NCBI GenBank assembly: GCA_008081045.1
Contig: VMDC01000001.1
Span: 225,280 to 289,279 of the forward strand
Direction of reading: 5' to 3'
Origin: Gammaproteobacteria bacterium
Lineage (GTDB): Bacteria; Pseudomonadota; Gammaproteobacteria; Pseudomonadales; Pseudohongiellaceae
DNA length: 64,000 bases
The translations under genes were made by a program, and so were the position numbers. Below, piece after piece: positions 50,347-60,972 of this stretch. Every line of letters starts with the position of its first letter. The first letter of the stretch is position 1. The notes below the pieces were generated by a model. It made no database searches and was not told the DNA's origin. It saw nothing but the letters and a program-made list of their open reading frames with translations.

Positions 50347-50415
50347 TCAGCTTTGCTGGAGGCCGTCAGCTTCACGGCTGCAGTGCCTTCCAGGCAATCA
50401 GCAGAAAGCCTGATC

Positions 50416-51939
50416 TTATGATCCGCCTTCCATCTCCCGCACCATTGTAGTCAGGGTACGGAAATCGGTTTTGCCGCTTCCCATATAGGGGAATTCCTCG
50501 ACGATAACGTATTTTTTTGGCAGCGCCAGATTTGGCAGCTCCTCGGAGAGCTGCTTGCTGATTTCCTTCTCGTCGATTGCCCGGTTCGTCACGCCAACGA
50601 TACGCGAACCGCGTTTCGCATCCGGGAGTTCCACCGCGCAGCATTCGATGTTGTCAGAGAGCAGACCGGCCAGGGCTTCCTCTACCATGACCAGTGAAAT
50701 CATCTCCCCGCCGATTTTAACGAATCGCTTCAATCTGCCCTTATGCCAGAGATAACCCTCTTCATCGAAACAGCCTAAATCGCCGGTGTCATACCAGCCT
50801 GACTTGAGGCGCAAATGGGATTCCTCCATGTCATTCAGATATCCCGACATGACCCCATCGCCCTTGACGAGAATCTTGCCAATTTCGCCGACCTCACAGG
50901 CGTCACCCGTTTCGATCGCCTCGATCTTCACCACGGTGCCCGGGATGGGAACACCGATGCTACCGGGGCGATTGTTGTCTCTCGGGTTGACAGAAATGAC
51001 CGGTGAAGTCTCTGTCGTGCCATATCCTTCGAAGATTTCGATGTCGTGCTTCTCGCGATACAGCTTTCTGAGACTTTCGGGGCATTTGTCCGCTCCGGTG
51101 ACTGTCAGTTCGACGCTGGCAAAATCGCCCGGTGCTGACTGCCTTGCATAGCCCTCGAGAAACAGGGGCGTACCTACCAGAAGCTGTGGTTTATATTCTT
51201 TGATTATCTGAGCAATGGTTTTGAAATCGAGTGGATTGGCATACGCAATCGAAGTCATACCCAGGCACAGAGGTGTCCAGAGATTGATGGTCAGGCCGAA
51301 GACGTGGAAAAAGGGCAGCACCGCCAGCAGGTTGTCCATGCTGCGGACATCCATCATGTCGGAGAAGGAGTTGATGTTAGACAGCAGGTTTTGTTGTGTA
51401 AGTTGCACAACCTTCGGATCTTTCTCACTGCCACTGGTGAACAAAATTACCGCAGGTGATTTCAGGTCGTTTTTACCGCAGAGTTTTTTGATCAGGCCAG
51501 TCGGCAGTTTGGATTTAACGAGCGCCAGCGCCTTCTCCAAGCTCCCGAGGCTCGCGAGTATATCTTCAATGAAAACCATCTCGGGCAACTCATTGCAGCC
51601 CACACGTTCCAGCAGCGCTCTGGCCGTAATGATTGTTTTGAAATCACACTTGTCCTGTGCATAACGACAGTTTTTTTTCGCGCCCGTGGAGTAGTTGATC
51701 ATCACGGGTGTGAGGCCGGCCATAAGCGAGCCCACCACAGCGAGGGCCGCTCCCGAGCCGGTTGGCAGCATGATTCCGATCCGGCCTCGTTCCAGCTTTC
51801 TGAAGCGGCGGGAAAGTATCAGTGAAGCGAGTAAGGCACGACCATAGCTCAGATCATTGCCTGTGGTCTTGTCGACGATCGCAATCTTGTCCGGATGCGC
51901 CTTGGCGTTGGCGATAAATTCATGCTGAAGCATGCACAA
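50416..51939 (-). CDS. AMP-dependent synthetase/ligase (acyl-CoA/acyl-ACP synthetase-like, Aas-type adenylation domain)
   Basis: AMP-binding motifs ILFTSGSEKDPKVV, GYGTTE, YDTGD. Stand-alone 507-aa adenylation enzyme. Confidence 0.75.
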   Translation of the reverse strand: MCMLQHEFIANAKAHPDKIAIVDKTTGNDLSYGRALLASLILSRRFRKLERGRIGIMLPTGSGAALAVVGSLMAGLTPVMINYSTGAKKNCRYAQDKCDFKTIITARALLERVGCNELPEMVFIEDILASLGSLEKALALVKSKLPTGLIKKLCGKNDLKSPAVILFTSGSEKDPKVVQLTQQNLLSNINSFSDMMDVRSMDNLLAVLPFFHVFGLTINLWTPLCLGMTSIAYANPLDFKTIAQIIKEYKPQLLVGTPLFLEGYARQSAPGDFASVELTVTGADKCPESLRKLYREKHDIEIFEGYGTTETSPVISVNPRDNNRPGSIGVPIPGTVVKIEAIETGDACEVGEIGKILVKGDGVMSGYLNDMEESHLRLKSGWYDTGDLGCFDEEGYLWHKGRLKRFVKIGGEMISLVMVEEALAGLLSDNIECCAVELPDAKRGSRIVGVTNRAIDEKEISKQLSEELPNLALPKKYVIVEEFPYMGSGKTDFRTLTTMVREMEGGS

Positions 51940-52120
51940 AGTTTATCTCAACTGCCCCCTGCTTGGAACCGAGCCGCGGCGGTGATAGAGTCCCTGCTGT
52001 TGCCGCGCAGGGCCTGCCAATTGGCCGGATGCCTTTTATCTGAGCTGTGCTCCCGCCAATCCGGTACCTTGCCCACCCACCGCATTGTGCTCTCAACGCC
52101 GGCCGTAAACAGGAGAGAAT

Positions 52121-53032
52121 ATGAAGAAGACAAGGTGGAATTTAATGAGAGTGTCCCTGCTGTGCGCCGCGCTGACTTGCCACTTGTCTTTTGCACAGCA
52201 ATGGACGTTTACGCCGCACCCGGTTCAAGGCCAGCTGTATATGCTTGAGCCGGCTAACACCAATGGCAATGTGGGAGTCATGGTGGGCGAAGACGGTGTG
52301 CTGCTGGTGGATTCCCATTTCCAACCGGCGGTGCCGCAATTGCTTGAAGAAGTTGCGGCGCTGACAGACGAAGACATCAAATTTCTCGTCAACACCCATA
52401 TTCATCCGGACCATATTGGTGGCAACAGCCTGCTCGCGGACTACGGCGTCACTATCGTCGCCCATGATCTGGTGCGTGTGCAGATGCTCAAAGAACTTCG
52501 TGTTCCTCGCCGCGGAGGGACGTTTTATCCGATGCCAGATCCCAGGTCACGGCCGGTGCTGACTTACACTGACGCGATCAGCTTTCATCTCAACGGAGAG
52601 GAGGTTCAGGTATTTCATGCCCCGCCTGCTCACACCGGAGGAGACAGTTTCGTTTACTTCACGGGGTCAGATGTTCTCCATCTTGGTGACGTGTTTCGGA
52701 CCAACATGTATCCAATTATCGACCACTATAATGGCGGCAGTTTCCTCGGCATGATTGAGGCGATGGGCTTGGCCATTGGCATGGCGGGTCCTGATACCAA
52801 GGTAATCCCCGGCCACGGGCAGGAGCCCAGCGATCGTCAGGGCATGATTGATTATCAGAATTTGCTCTTCACCCTGCGCGATCGGGTGCAGGAATTTGTC
52901 GACCGCGGAGCGTCGGTAGAGCAGATGCTTGCAGCAAAGCCAACTGAGGATCTGGATGCGCGTTGGGGCGGGGTACCGTCATGGACCGCGGTGGACCTGC
53001 TCCCGATTATCTATCAAGAACTTACCCGCTGA
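52121..53032 (+). CDS. Secreted metallo-beta-lactamase-fold hydrolase
   Basis: Signal peptide. H.H.DH motif (NTHIHPDHIGGN) and later HTGGD / GHG motifs. AGGAGAG RBS. Confidence 0.8.
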   Translation: MKKTRWNLMRVSLLCAALTCHLSFAQQWTFTPHPVQGQLYMLEPANTNGNVGVMVGEDGVLLVDSHFQPAVPQLLEEVAALTDEDIKFLVNTHIHPDHIGGNSLLADYGVTIVAHDLVRVQMLKELRVPRRGGTFYPMPDPRSRPVLTYTDAISFHLNGEEVQVFHAPPAHTGGDSFVYFTGSDVLHLGDVFRTNMYPIIDHYNGGSFLGMIEAMGLAIGMAGPDTKVIPGHGQEPSDRQGMIDYQNLLFTLRDRVQEFVDRGASVEQMLAAKPTEDLDARWGGVPSWTAVDLLPIIYQELTR

Positions 53033-53134
53033 ACAAAACGCTGTGAGTGTTCCGGTAAAGTCAGATCGGTCCCGAATCACTGCTGCAACCCATGACGTGA
53101 CGGCCTGCCAGTGAAAATTACTTAGGAAATCTCT

Positions 53135-53710
53135 TTGCTCGCTTATTTACACAGACATATCAATTCGGTCTGGCTCTGTCTGGTTGCCTTGGTTCTCGGC
53201 CTGTTGCTGCTGTTCCCGGACTGGCTTACCAGAGATTCAATTTCTGCCTATCTGGCTGGCCTGGGCTCTGGTGCGCTACTGGTTTACCTTCTGATGTGCA
53301 TGACCCGTTCGCTGCTGATGATTCCTGTCACCCCGTTTGTTCTGGCGGGTGCCGTTACTTTTCCCGATTTGTTAATGCTTGTTTTTGGTATCTCTCTGGC
53401 GGGTATTGTAGTGGGCGCCTTCCTGATATACAGTTTTCCGGCTTTTGGCGGCTATGATCGACTGCTGGAAGAGAAATATCCGGCAAAAATCGCTCTGCTA
53501 AAGAAGAATATGCATGGAAACCGCTCGTTTTGGATCATTGCGGGCTGGTCGTTTTTTCCTTTGGTACCCACAGACCTGATTTGCTACGTTGCTGGCATGG
53601 TGAGGCTTCCTTTTCGGAAAGTAGTCGGACCGTTGATGGTAGGTGAGATCCCGCTCGTTACTATCTATGTATATCTTGGCTCAGAGCTTGGTGATTGGTT
53701 ACGAATATGA
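53135..53710 (+). CDS. TVP38/TMEM64 (VTT/DedA-related) family membrane protein
   Basis: 191 aa with 5 hydrophobic segments. The pattern P.TP...AG...F resembles the VTT domain. TTG start, uncertain. Confidence 0.55.
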   Translation: MLAYLHRHINSVWLCLVALVLGLLLLFPDWLTRDSISAYLAGLGSGALLVYLLMCMTRSLLMIPVTPFVLAGAVTFPDLLMLVFGISLAGIVVGAFLIYSFPAFGGYDRLLEEKYPAKIALLKKNMHGNRSFWIIAGWSFFPLVPTDLICYVAGMVRLPFRKVVGPLMVGEIPLVTIYVYLGSELGDWLRI

Positions 53711-54267
53711 CAGCGAAATTTCAGCTCGGTGACTCGATTAAACTGATCCGAAATATAAGGACAACAGGCACTATTGCGCCCAGCTCGCAGGCTTTGATCA
53801 GAGCCCTGCTGAAGCCTATTGATTTTGAAACTTCGCGCTGTATTGTCGAACTGGGGCCGGGTAACGGGTGCGTAACTCATGCTCTGCTGCGTCGGATGCA
53901 TCCGGGGAGTCAGCTGATTTCTCTGGAGCTGAATCCTGAATTTGCAGATCAGCTGCGCAGAATTGAAGACAGTCGACTTCACGTTTATAACGCCTGTGCA
54001 TCTTCAATTCGCTGTATTCTGGATGAATTACAGATCAGCGAAGTCGATCATGTCATCTCCAGTTTACCGCTGACCCTGATTGACGATGATACGGTCAGCC
54101 GCATTCTCGCCAGCGTCGGAGACAATCTGCGAAGCGGCGGCCGGTTTCTTCAGTATCAATACTCGCTGGCCAATTACGGAGACATGAAGCCCTTGTTCAG
54201 TGACGTCAAGCTGCGCTTCACCCTCCGCAATATGCCGCCCGCGTTCCTCTACGATTGCGTAAAATAG
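53707..54267 (+). CDS. Class I SAM-dependent methyltransferase, phospholipid N-methyltransferase (PmtA/COG3963)-like
   Basis: TGTIAPSSQALIRALL...IVELGPGNGCVTHALL matches the G.(I/V)APSS..L + ELGPGTG pattern of COG3963. ATG at 53707 overlaps the upstream stop (ATGA). Confidence 0.6.
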   Translation: MTAKFQLGDSIKLIRNIRTTGTIAPSSQALIRALLKPIDFETSRCIVELGPGNGCVTHALLRRMHPGSQLISLELNPEFADQLRRIEDSRLHVYNACASSIRCILDELQISEVDHVISSLPLTLIDDDTVSRILASVGDNLRSGGRFLQYQYSLANYGDMKPLFSDVKLRFTLRNMPPAFLYDCVK

Positions 54268-54281
54268 CGCTACAGGCTGGC

Positions 54282-56336
54282 TCACTCAGGTAAAGCAAAG
54301 GCCACCATTTCCGGCGCATGGCGGGAATCCCCGATAGCGACCAGCAGATATTGCCTGCCGTTGTAGACATAGCTGACCGGTGGATTGGTAGTGCCCGCCT
54401 CCATCTCGATTTCCCATACCACTTCGCCGCTGGTCTTGTCATAGGCGCGGAACCAGGGGCCACCACTGTTAGTGGCAATTTCAATGGGCATGTCCGGTGG
54501 GATACGGCCACCGCGGCGCTGATTGGTCATCCCTTCACCGATGAAAAGAAGACTTTTTGTCAGCAACGGGGAAGGGCGCCCGGGTACACCCAGCTTTCCT
54601 AAATCCAGATGCGCAATGGCGGGGTTGTCTACCGGACCCCAGCCGTTGGGTACCATCCATTCGTGTTCACCGGTATTCATGTTGATCGCAGTTATTCTTC
54701 CATAAGGGGGTTTGAACAGAGGCAGTCCTTGTGGGCCGGCCAGCCAGCGTCTGGAACCCTTGGTGTACGACAGGTTTGTCACTTCAGGGTCACCCGGCAG
54801 CAGATCGGCGACGAAGGGGGAGGTGATGGAAGGTACATAGAGCATACCGGTCTCTGGGTCGAAAGCCGCTCCCTGAACATCTGCACCGCCCTGCGATCCC
54901 GGCAGCTGTATCGTTCCCTGAGTCCCGTTTTCGGTTGCAATCGACGGCGGGGTAAACAACGGCCCGGTGACGTAGTGACTCGCAATCTCCAGCGCCTGTG
55001 CGCGAAGCTCCGGTGTAAAGTCGATCAGATTTTCTTCGGTAGAGCCCTGCAGGTCGAACGGTGCGGGTCTGGTGGGGAAAGGTTGGGTTGCCGCAGTGAC
55101 CTCTCCGGGTACGTCGGACTGGGGTACCGGGCGCTCCTCAATATCCCAGACCGGTTCTCCGGTTTCACGGTCAAAGACAAAGACGAAAGCCTGTTTCGTC
55201 AATTGAGCCACTGCCTTGATCTCCCGTCCTTCGACATTAATGTCCATCAGAATCGGAGCCGCCGGCGGGTCATAGTCCCACAGACCGTGATGCACGGTCT
55301 GGTAGTGCCAGACGCGTTCCCCCGTTTCGGCGTTTACCGCAACGAGGCTCTGACTGAACAGGTTGTCGCCAATCCGGTGTCCGCCGTACATATCATTTGT
55401 CGCTGAAGAGATGGGCATATAGACCAGCCCGAGTTCTTCATCCGCGCTGAACAGGGCCCATACCGGTGCGTGCCCGGTGTAGGACCACGAGCGATCTTGC
55501 CAGGTATCAGTGCCGAATTCTCCTTCTTGCGGGATGGTATGGTAGGTCCATCTGAGGGTGCCGGTTCTCACATCAAAGGCATGGACATCGCCCCTGAATG
55601 CTTCCTTGTTCGGAAATGTGTCCGACATCGCTTGCCCGATGACCACGACATCGCGAACCACCATCGGAACGCCGCCCCAGCGGAATCGCTCAAATTCAAC
55701 CGGGAAAAGCTGCAGGTCGACGCGACCGTCAACGCCAAAATCGTCAAATGTCTTGCCATCTTCCGGATTCAAGGCATACAGGAAGGTACCACGCTGTACG
55801 AATAGACGCTGTTCATCGCCTTCGCTCCAGTAAGCAACACCGCGTGTTGATGCTCCCGGCAGACCCTCTGCTCCACCGGGCGGCTCCTGCACCCAGAGCG
55901 TTTCACCGGTACCGGGATGAAAGGCTTCTACCAAGCCAACACCATTAGTGACATAGCCCACCCCGTTGATGATCAGTGGCGCGGCATTCCAGTTGCTGGT
56001 GTAGCGCTGAGTGGGGTTGATGTCGAGATACTGCTGATCCAGCCCGGGCCGGCGCCACACGACTTCAAGATCTGCCACGTTCTCAACATTGATACCATCA
56101 AGTGCTGTATATTTGGTGCTGCCCGTATCACCACCATAGGCTTGCCATTCACCGTCACGCGCCCCCTGACCGGCGCGTTGAAACGTGTTCTCAGATTGGT
56201 CCGAGACGAGCTGGGGTGCTTGCGATTGATCGGCTGTCACCCCAGTTGTGGGTTGGCTTTGCGGCTCACTGCAGGACAGAAGCAGGGCGTTTGCGCAGAG
56301 CAGGGTGAGCAGTTTCAGGCTGAGAGGCTGGGACAT
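54282..56336 (-). CDS. PQQ-dependent dehydrogenase (glucose/quinate/shikimate-type beta-propeller), lipoprotein-anchored
   Basis: About 680 aa with repeated W-containing propeller blades. Lipobox LLLSC after ATG 56336 (RBS ACGGAG). Lacks the five N-terminal TM helices of the membrane-bound glucose dehydrogenase (mGDH). Confidence 0.7.
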   Translation of the reverse strand: MSQPLSLKLLTLLCANALLLSCSEPQSQPTTGVTADQSQAPQLVSDQSENTFQRAGQGARDGEWQAYGGDTGSTKYTALDGINVENVADLEVVWRRPGLDQQYLDINPTQRYTSNWNAAPLIINGVGYVTNGVGLVEAFHPGTGETLWVQEPPGGAEGLPGASTRGVAYWSEGDEQRLFVQRGTFLYALNPEDGKTFDDFGVDGRVDLQLFPVEFERFRWGGVPMVVRDVVVIGQAMSDTFPNKEAFRGDVHAFDVRTGTLRWTYHTIPQEGEFGTDTWQDRSWSYTGHAPVWALFSADEELGLVYMPISSATNDMYGGHRIGDNLFSQSLVAVNAETGERVWHYQTVHHGLWDYDPPAAPILMDINVEGREIKAVAQLTKQAFVFVFDRETGEPVWDIEERPVPQSDVPGEVTAATQPFPTRPAPFDLQGSTEENLIDFTPELRAQALEIASHYVTGPLFTPPSIATENGTQGTIQLPGSQGGADVQGAAFDPETGMLYVPSITSPFVADLLPGDPEVTNLSYTKGSRRWLAGPQGLPLFKPPYGRITAINMNTGEHEWMVPNGWGPVDNPAIAHLDLGKLGVPGRPSPLLTKSLLFIGEGMTNQRRGGRIPPDMPIEIATNSGGPWFRAYDKTSGEVVWEIEMEAGTTNPPVSYVYNGRQYLLVAIGDSRHAPEMVAFALPE

Positions 56337-56526
56337 GATTGGCGCTCCGTTTTTATCTTTTTTCTGCATTCTACCCAAAAAGTCGGTGACGTAAAAAAGC
56401 TATTGTGTCGAGGAGATGGGCCATACGCCCTGCGCGGCGCTGGTCACAGATAGCCTGGCCCGGTTCGGGCCCTGAAAGGAGCAATGCGGGACGGGTTGCT
56501 CGCGAGGAAGATAATCAGAATCCGGA

Positions 56527-57045
56527 TTAATCAATTCCCAGGAGCTGCTTGCGCTGAGCAGGATAGCTACTTTTCTCGCTTAACCAGATAGCCAGAAAGC
56601 GCTCGGTAAATGCCGGATCAGAAATACTGCCGACCACCTGCCCATTGAAGACAAACCGGCTTGCGAGCTCCTCAGTAACCTGCAGCAGGAGCTGGTCGCC
56701 TTTTTCGATGTCGGGCCACATACCACTGAGCTTGCCCAACCAGGGTTCAGCGGCCTCTGAATAAAGCCCCTGTTTTTGCCATTCCGAACGGGTGCGGTCC
56801 ACAAGGTCTTTGCTTCCGATTCGCCTGCGATAATCGATCCTGAGCGTAAGGTTGGGTTCGACACCCCGGTAAATACCGTCTTCGCTGTACAGATAACAGT
56901 CGTAGATTGTCCAGAAAAAAACTTTGAGCCTTGCCGCGCCGATTTCTGTCAGACTGTCAGGCACATTTGCATGCGCGGGGAGGACTGCGCTGAAGCACAG
57001 TGCAATCGTAATGGCAATGCACAGTGAGCGCTTAGACCAGTTCAT
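56527..57045 (-). CDS. Chalcone-isomerase-like (fatty-acid-binding fold) exported protein
   Basis: ATG 57045 gives the signal peptide MNWSKRSLCIAITIALCFSAVLPAHA. LKVFFWTIYDCYLY pattern typical of bacterial CHI-like proteins found in this lipid cluster. Confidence 0.55.
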   Translation of the reverse strand: MNWSKRSLCIAITIALCFSAVLPAHANVPDSLTEIGAARLKVFFWTIYDCYLYSEDGIYRGVEPNLTLRIDYRRRIGSKDLVDRTRSEWQKQGLYSEAAEPWLGKLSGMWPDIEKGDQLLLQVTEELASRFVFNGQVVGSISDPAFTERFLAIWLSEKSSYPAQRKQLLGID

Positions 57046-57553
57046 CCGTTCGCCTGATACCATTCTCGGCAAGCCAAAACATCGCGGGAAGCGCGATTGC
57101 CCAAATCGCAGAGAGCGCCGCCAGCGCAAATGTGTCTGATGAGCCAAAAGAAACGGCACCCAGACGTTCACCTACGGCATAGTTGAATGGAAAAGCCAGT
57201 GCACCACAAATTGCCGCAATCCATTTGCTGCGGCCAACGATTTCTAGCGAGAGAAAAAGCGTAGTCGTAAAGGCAGCCCAGAGCAGCACGAGCCAGAGCG
57301 GGATAAAAAAGAGGGTAGGGCCAAACTGAAAAACACCCAGAACCGTGAGCAGACTGTCGATACTGACACCCAGCCCGAAGAGCATCAGAAATTGGCGTAT
57401 GCGGAATATCCGGTACTGAACCAGCAGGGTAAGGTAGCCCGCCACCACCGGGGCGAAGGCCCACCAGTACGATTCACGTCCTACTACACAGCCCAGCCAG
57501 GTCAGGTTGAAAGCCACGACGTTGACAGGTTTCGACAGCAGAAACTTTGGCAC
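57032..57553 (-). CDS. DUF2878-like small membrane protein
   Basis: 173 aa with 5 TM segments. Its position just downstream of the CFA-synthase-like gene matches the conserved cluster. Family assigned from memory. Confidence 0.45.
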   Translation of the reverse strand: MPKFLLSKPVNVVAFNLTWLGCVVGRESYWWAFAPVVAGYLTLLVQYRIFRIRQFLMLFGLGVSIDSLLTVLGVFQFGPTLFFIPLWLVLLWAAFTTTLFLSLEIVGRSKWIAAICGALAFPFNYAVGERLGAVSFGSSDTFALAALSAIWAIALPAMFWLAENGIRRTDELV

Positions 57554-57589
57554 GGCGATGACTTCTGAGCAGTTCGGGCGCAGAACCGC

Positions 57590-58846
57590 CTATAAGTGTG
57601 GTGCTTTACTGGCCAGCAGCTGAACGGCGCTGATACGGCGCTCCAGAAATCCGCCCTCGCAGTAGCCCAGGTAGTAGAGCCAGAGATTGCAGAACCTGTC
57701 GTCATAGCCGCTGGCCAGAAGATCAGATTTACTGTCCAGAAACTGCTCGCGCCAGCGGGCGAGTGTTAATGCATAATCCTGCCCGATGTCGAGGACGTCC
57801 CTGACGATCAGGTCGGTCTTGTCTGCCATGATCTGAGACATCAGTTTCATGGACGGCAGAAACCCACCGGGGAATACATGCTTTTGGATAAAGTCTTCAC
57901 TTCGGCTGTATTCGGCGTATCGCTGGTCGGCAATGGTAATCGCCTGCAGCATCATCAGGCCGTTGGGCTTTAACAGGCTGTTCAGTTTTTCAAAGAAGCC
58001 GGCGAGATAGCGTTTGCCGACAGCCTCGATCATTTCCACTGATACAATTTTATCGTACTGCCCCTGGAGTAAGCGGTAGTCCTGATCGAGCAGGGTAATT
58101 TTAGATTCGAGACCGGCAGCGCGCACCTGAGCTTTGGCGTAATTCAGCTGTTCATCCGAAATCGTGGTTGTCGTAACCCTGCAGCCATAATGCGTGGCGG
58201 CGAATAGGGCAAGTCCGCCCCAGCCGGTGCCAACTTCCAGCAGATGGTCGCTCTCGCTAAGCCGGAGCTGTTCACAGATTCGCGTTAATTTGTTGGTCTG
58301 TGCATCTGCCAGAGAGTCTTCGAGGCTGTTGAATACGGCCGATGAATATTGCATGCGCGGATCCAAGAAGCGCTGGTACATGTCATTGCCAAGGTCGTAG
58401 TGCGCCAGGATGTTTTTCTTGGCCTGATTGCGGGAGTTGGCGCGACTGAGCAGCCGCACCATGGCGAGCGGCTTGAACAGCCATCCAAAGCGACTGCCCC
58501 AGTAATCCATCATGCTCAGATTGCGAGCGAAAAAACGTGTCACCTGAGTGATGTCGGGTGAGGTCCACCAACCGTCTACGTAGGCTTCTCCGGCAGCGGT
58601 GTTGCCGCCGAGCAGCGCGCGGGCATACACGCGGGTATCGACCACGTCGGCTTCGGCCCTGAGCGCTGAGTTTTTGTCACCGACTTCCGCGATGATGCGG
58701 CCTTTTTCGCGCAGCAGAAAGTGTCCTTCGCTGGCATGGCCGAGAATTTTGATGAAGAGATTGCGAAGCAGTTCAACGGACTTTGGGGTCCGTTCTGTCT
58801 GCAACAGTCGCCGGCCGGTACCCAGGCTCAGGTCTTTGTTACTCAT
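57590..58846 (-). CDS. Cyclopropane-fatty-acyl-phospholipid synthase family SAM methyltransferase
   Basis: HYDLGNDMYQRFLD, SAM motif LLEVGTGWGGLA, C-terminal YLGYCEGGF. 418 aa. Confidence 0.9.
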   Translation of the reverse strand: MSNKDLSLGTGRRLLQTERTPKSVELLRNLFIKILGHASEGHFLLREKGRIIAEVGDKNSALRAEADVVDTRVYARALLGGNTAAGEAYVDGWWTSPDITQVTRFFARNLSMMDYWGSRFGWLFKPLAMVRLLSRANSRNQAKKNILAHYDLGNDMYQRFLDPRMQYSSAVFNSLEDSLADAQTNKLTRICEQLRLSESDHLLEVGTGWGGLALFAATHYGCRVTTTTISDEQLNYAKAQVRAAGLESKITLLDQDYRLLQGQYDKIVSVEMIEAVGKRYLAGFFEKLNSLLKPNGLMMLQAITIADQRYAEYSRSEDFIQKHVFPGGFLPSMKLMSQIMADKTDLIVRDVLDIGQDYALTLARWREQFLDSKSDLLASGYDDRFCNLWLYYLGYCEGGFLERRISAVQLLASKAPHL

Positions 58847-59652
58847 GCTGTACCTTTTTGTGTCTTGATCGTTTGTTTCTTGGGATGTTTAAAGAGCGGC
58901 GTGCGTTTGGCAAATAAGCGCAAAGCCTCCCAATAGATTCCCAGCACAAGATACAGCGTTTGGCTGGGAGTTCTGATAAGTACGCGGCTCAAATTGCTTT
59001 GGTTTATTTCGCGTCTTTTGAGGCTGAGCGTAGCGTCGAACACTTTTTTGTCAGGCTCATTCTGGTCGTGCACGCCGATGTGCACCGAGCAACGGTCGGC
59101 ATCCGGCGGCTGGATTATCCAGTGATAGTTTTGCTGCATCGGGTTAAACGGTGACACATGAAATGCTTTGGCATGGGGCTGGATGTCGGCAAGATCCACC
59201 AGGTAATAATGTCTTTCATGCCAGGGTGTATTGCTTACCTCGGCGAGTAAATACCTGAACCGGCCCTGCTGCCTGAGGTAGTAGACGTTCAGAGGGCTGA
59301 AATAAAAGCCCAGATAGCGCAGATGCAACAGGCAGAATACGTCACCCTCCGTGTCTTCTGCAGCCAGCCCGGCAAGCTCAGCGATTTTTGCTTTCACACT
59401 GTGGCCTAAATCTTCTGCTTCCCCGAGGTAGTCAGCACGCTTGAATCTGGCCCATCGGTACCATTCCGTGCCCAGCTGCCAGTGACGGTCCAATAACTTT
59501 GGCAACTCATCAGTTTTAAGCAGAAACATGCGGATCGGATACTCAAAATCATGCAGGGTCGGAGAAAACCGGCGATGACGGACGATCCCTGAAAAGAGCG
59601 CACTTTCCAGCGCGTCAGAGTCCGCCAGACTGACATCAGGCGCGTGACTCAC
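58843..59652 (-). CDS. DUF1365-family protein
   Basis: G.V.H.R......H.F.Y...M pattern (GIVRHRRFSPTLHDFEYPIRMF), then NTPWHERH and VSPF.PM. Overlapping stops and starts couple it to both neighbours. Confidence 0.75.
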   Translation of the reverse strand: MSHAPDVSLADSDALESALFSGIVRHRRFSPTLHDFEYPIRMFLLKTDELPKLLDRHWQLGTEWYRWARFKRADYLGEAEDLGHSVKAKIAELAGLAAEDTEGDVFCLLHLRYLGFYFSPLNVYYLRQQGRFRYLLAEVSNTPWHERHYYLVDLADIQPHAKAFHVSPFNPMQQNYHWIIQPPDADRCSVHIGVHDQNEPDKKVFDATLSLKRREINQSNLSRVLIRTPSQTLYLVLGIYWEALRLFAKRTPLFKHPKKQTIKTQKGTA

Positions 59653-60905
59653 AGGCTTTGCCCGAATCTTTTGGCAACATCCAGAGCGCTGCGTACACCA
59701 TCCTCATGAAAGCCGTTATACCAGTAGGCGCCGCAGAAGTGCGTTCGGTTGTGACCACAGATTTCTGTCCTTCGCCCCTGTGCCGCGCTGGATTCAGCGG
59801 AGTATATCGGGTGGGCGTAAGTGAACTCTCGCAAAGTTTTTTCTGGATTGATCTTGTGTCCGGCGTTGAGAGAAACGAGGAAAGGCTCGGGGCTGTTCAG
59901 CCCCTGAAGAATATTCATACAGTAGGTGACCAAGGGCAGGTCTCGATCGCCGCCTTCTCCGGCGAGAAAGTTCCAGCTGGCCCAGGCGAGTTTGCGACTT
60001 GGCATGAAGCTGTCATCAGTATGGAGAATGACGCTGTTTTCCTGGTAGCCCATGGCGCCCAGTATCTCCTGCTCCAGATTACTCGCATCCTGCAGCAGCG
60101 TCAGCGCTTCGTCACTGTGGCAGGCCAGTATCACTTCGTCAAAGCGTTCAGTGCCCGAACCGGACGTGATGCTTATCGAGGCTTCGTCACGGGTCACCGA
60201 ATGGACCGGGGCGCTCAGCCTGATGCGATCTGCGAAGCCGGCTGTCATCGGTTTGATGTAGCTGTGCGATCCGCCTTTCAGTACATACCACTGAGGACGG
60301 TTGTTGATGTCGAGCAGACCATGATTCAGAAAGAACCTGAGAAAAAAGCTGAGAGGGAACTGACCCGCCTGAGCAACACTGCAGGACCAGATGGCTGCAA
60401 CCATCGGCAGCAGATAGTTTTCCCGCAGACCGCGGCCCAGGCCCTGCGCCTGAAGAAACTCATCCAGAGTGATGTCGGCTGTATCACCCGACGCAATCGC
60501 CAGCTTGCTGGCCTTGTTGAACCTGAGAATGTCGGTCACCAGGCGGATGAATTTAGGTCTGACCAGGTTGACCCTCTGAGCGAACAATGTATTCAGATTG
60601 TGACCGTTGTATTCGAGATTCTCAGTGTCATTGCGGACGCTGAAGCTCATCTGCGTTGCTTGCAGCGGGACGTCCAGCTGCGCCATAAAATTCAGAAAAT
60701 TGGGATAGTTGCGGTCATTGCATACGATGAAGCCGGTGTCGATTTCATAGCTGCCGGAGGGTGTCTCGACCGGAACCGTGTGGGTGTGGCCACCGATATA
60801 GTCATTCGCCTCGAATACCGTGATGTCGTGCTCACGCGAGAGCAGATAGGCGCAGGTCAGTCCGGAGATGCCGCTGCCAATAATTGCGATGCGTTGCTTT
60901 GTCAT
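59649..60905 (-). CDS. FAD-dependent oxidoreductase (amine-oxidase/phytoene-desaturase-like)
   Basis: N-terminal RIAIIGSGISGLTCAYLL...VFEANDYIGGHT dinucleotide fold. C-terminal FCGAYW.NGFHEDG. Confidence 0.85.
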   Translation of the reverse strand: MTKQRIAIIGSGISGLTCAYLLSREHDITVFEANDYIGGHTHTVPVETPSGSYEIDTGFIVCNDRNYPNFLNFMAQLDVPLQATQMSFSVRNDTENLEYNGHNLNTLFAQRVNLVRPKFIRLVTDILRFNKASKLAIASGDTADITLDEFLQAQGLGRGLRENYLLPMVAAIWSCSVAQAGQFPLSFFLRFFLNHGLLDINNRPQWYVLKGGSHSYIKPMTAGFADRIRLSAPVHSVTRDEASISITSGSGTERFDEVILACHSDEALTLLQDASNLEQEILGAMGYQENSVILHTDDSFMPSRKLAWASWNFLAGEGGDRDLPLVTYCMNILQGLNSPEPFLVSLNAGHKINPEKTLREFTYAHPIYSAESSAAQGRRTEICGHNRTHFCGAYWYNGFHEDGVRSALDVAKRFGQSL

Positions 60906-60972
60906 TGTTATTGCTCTTTTTCAGACCAGCCCGGATACAACGGCAGAGTCTGTCAGACGGATATTAGCAGGG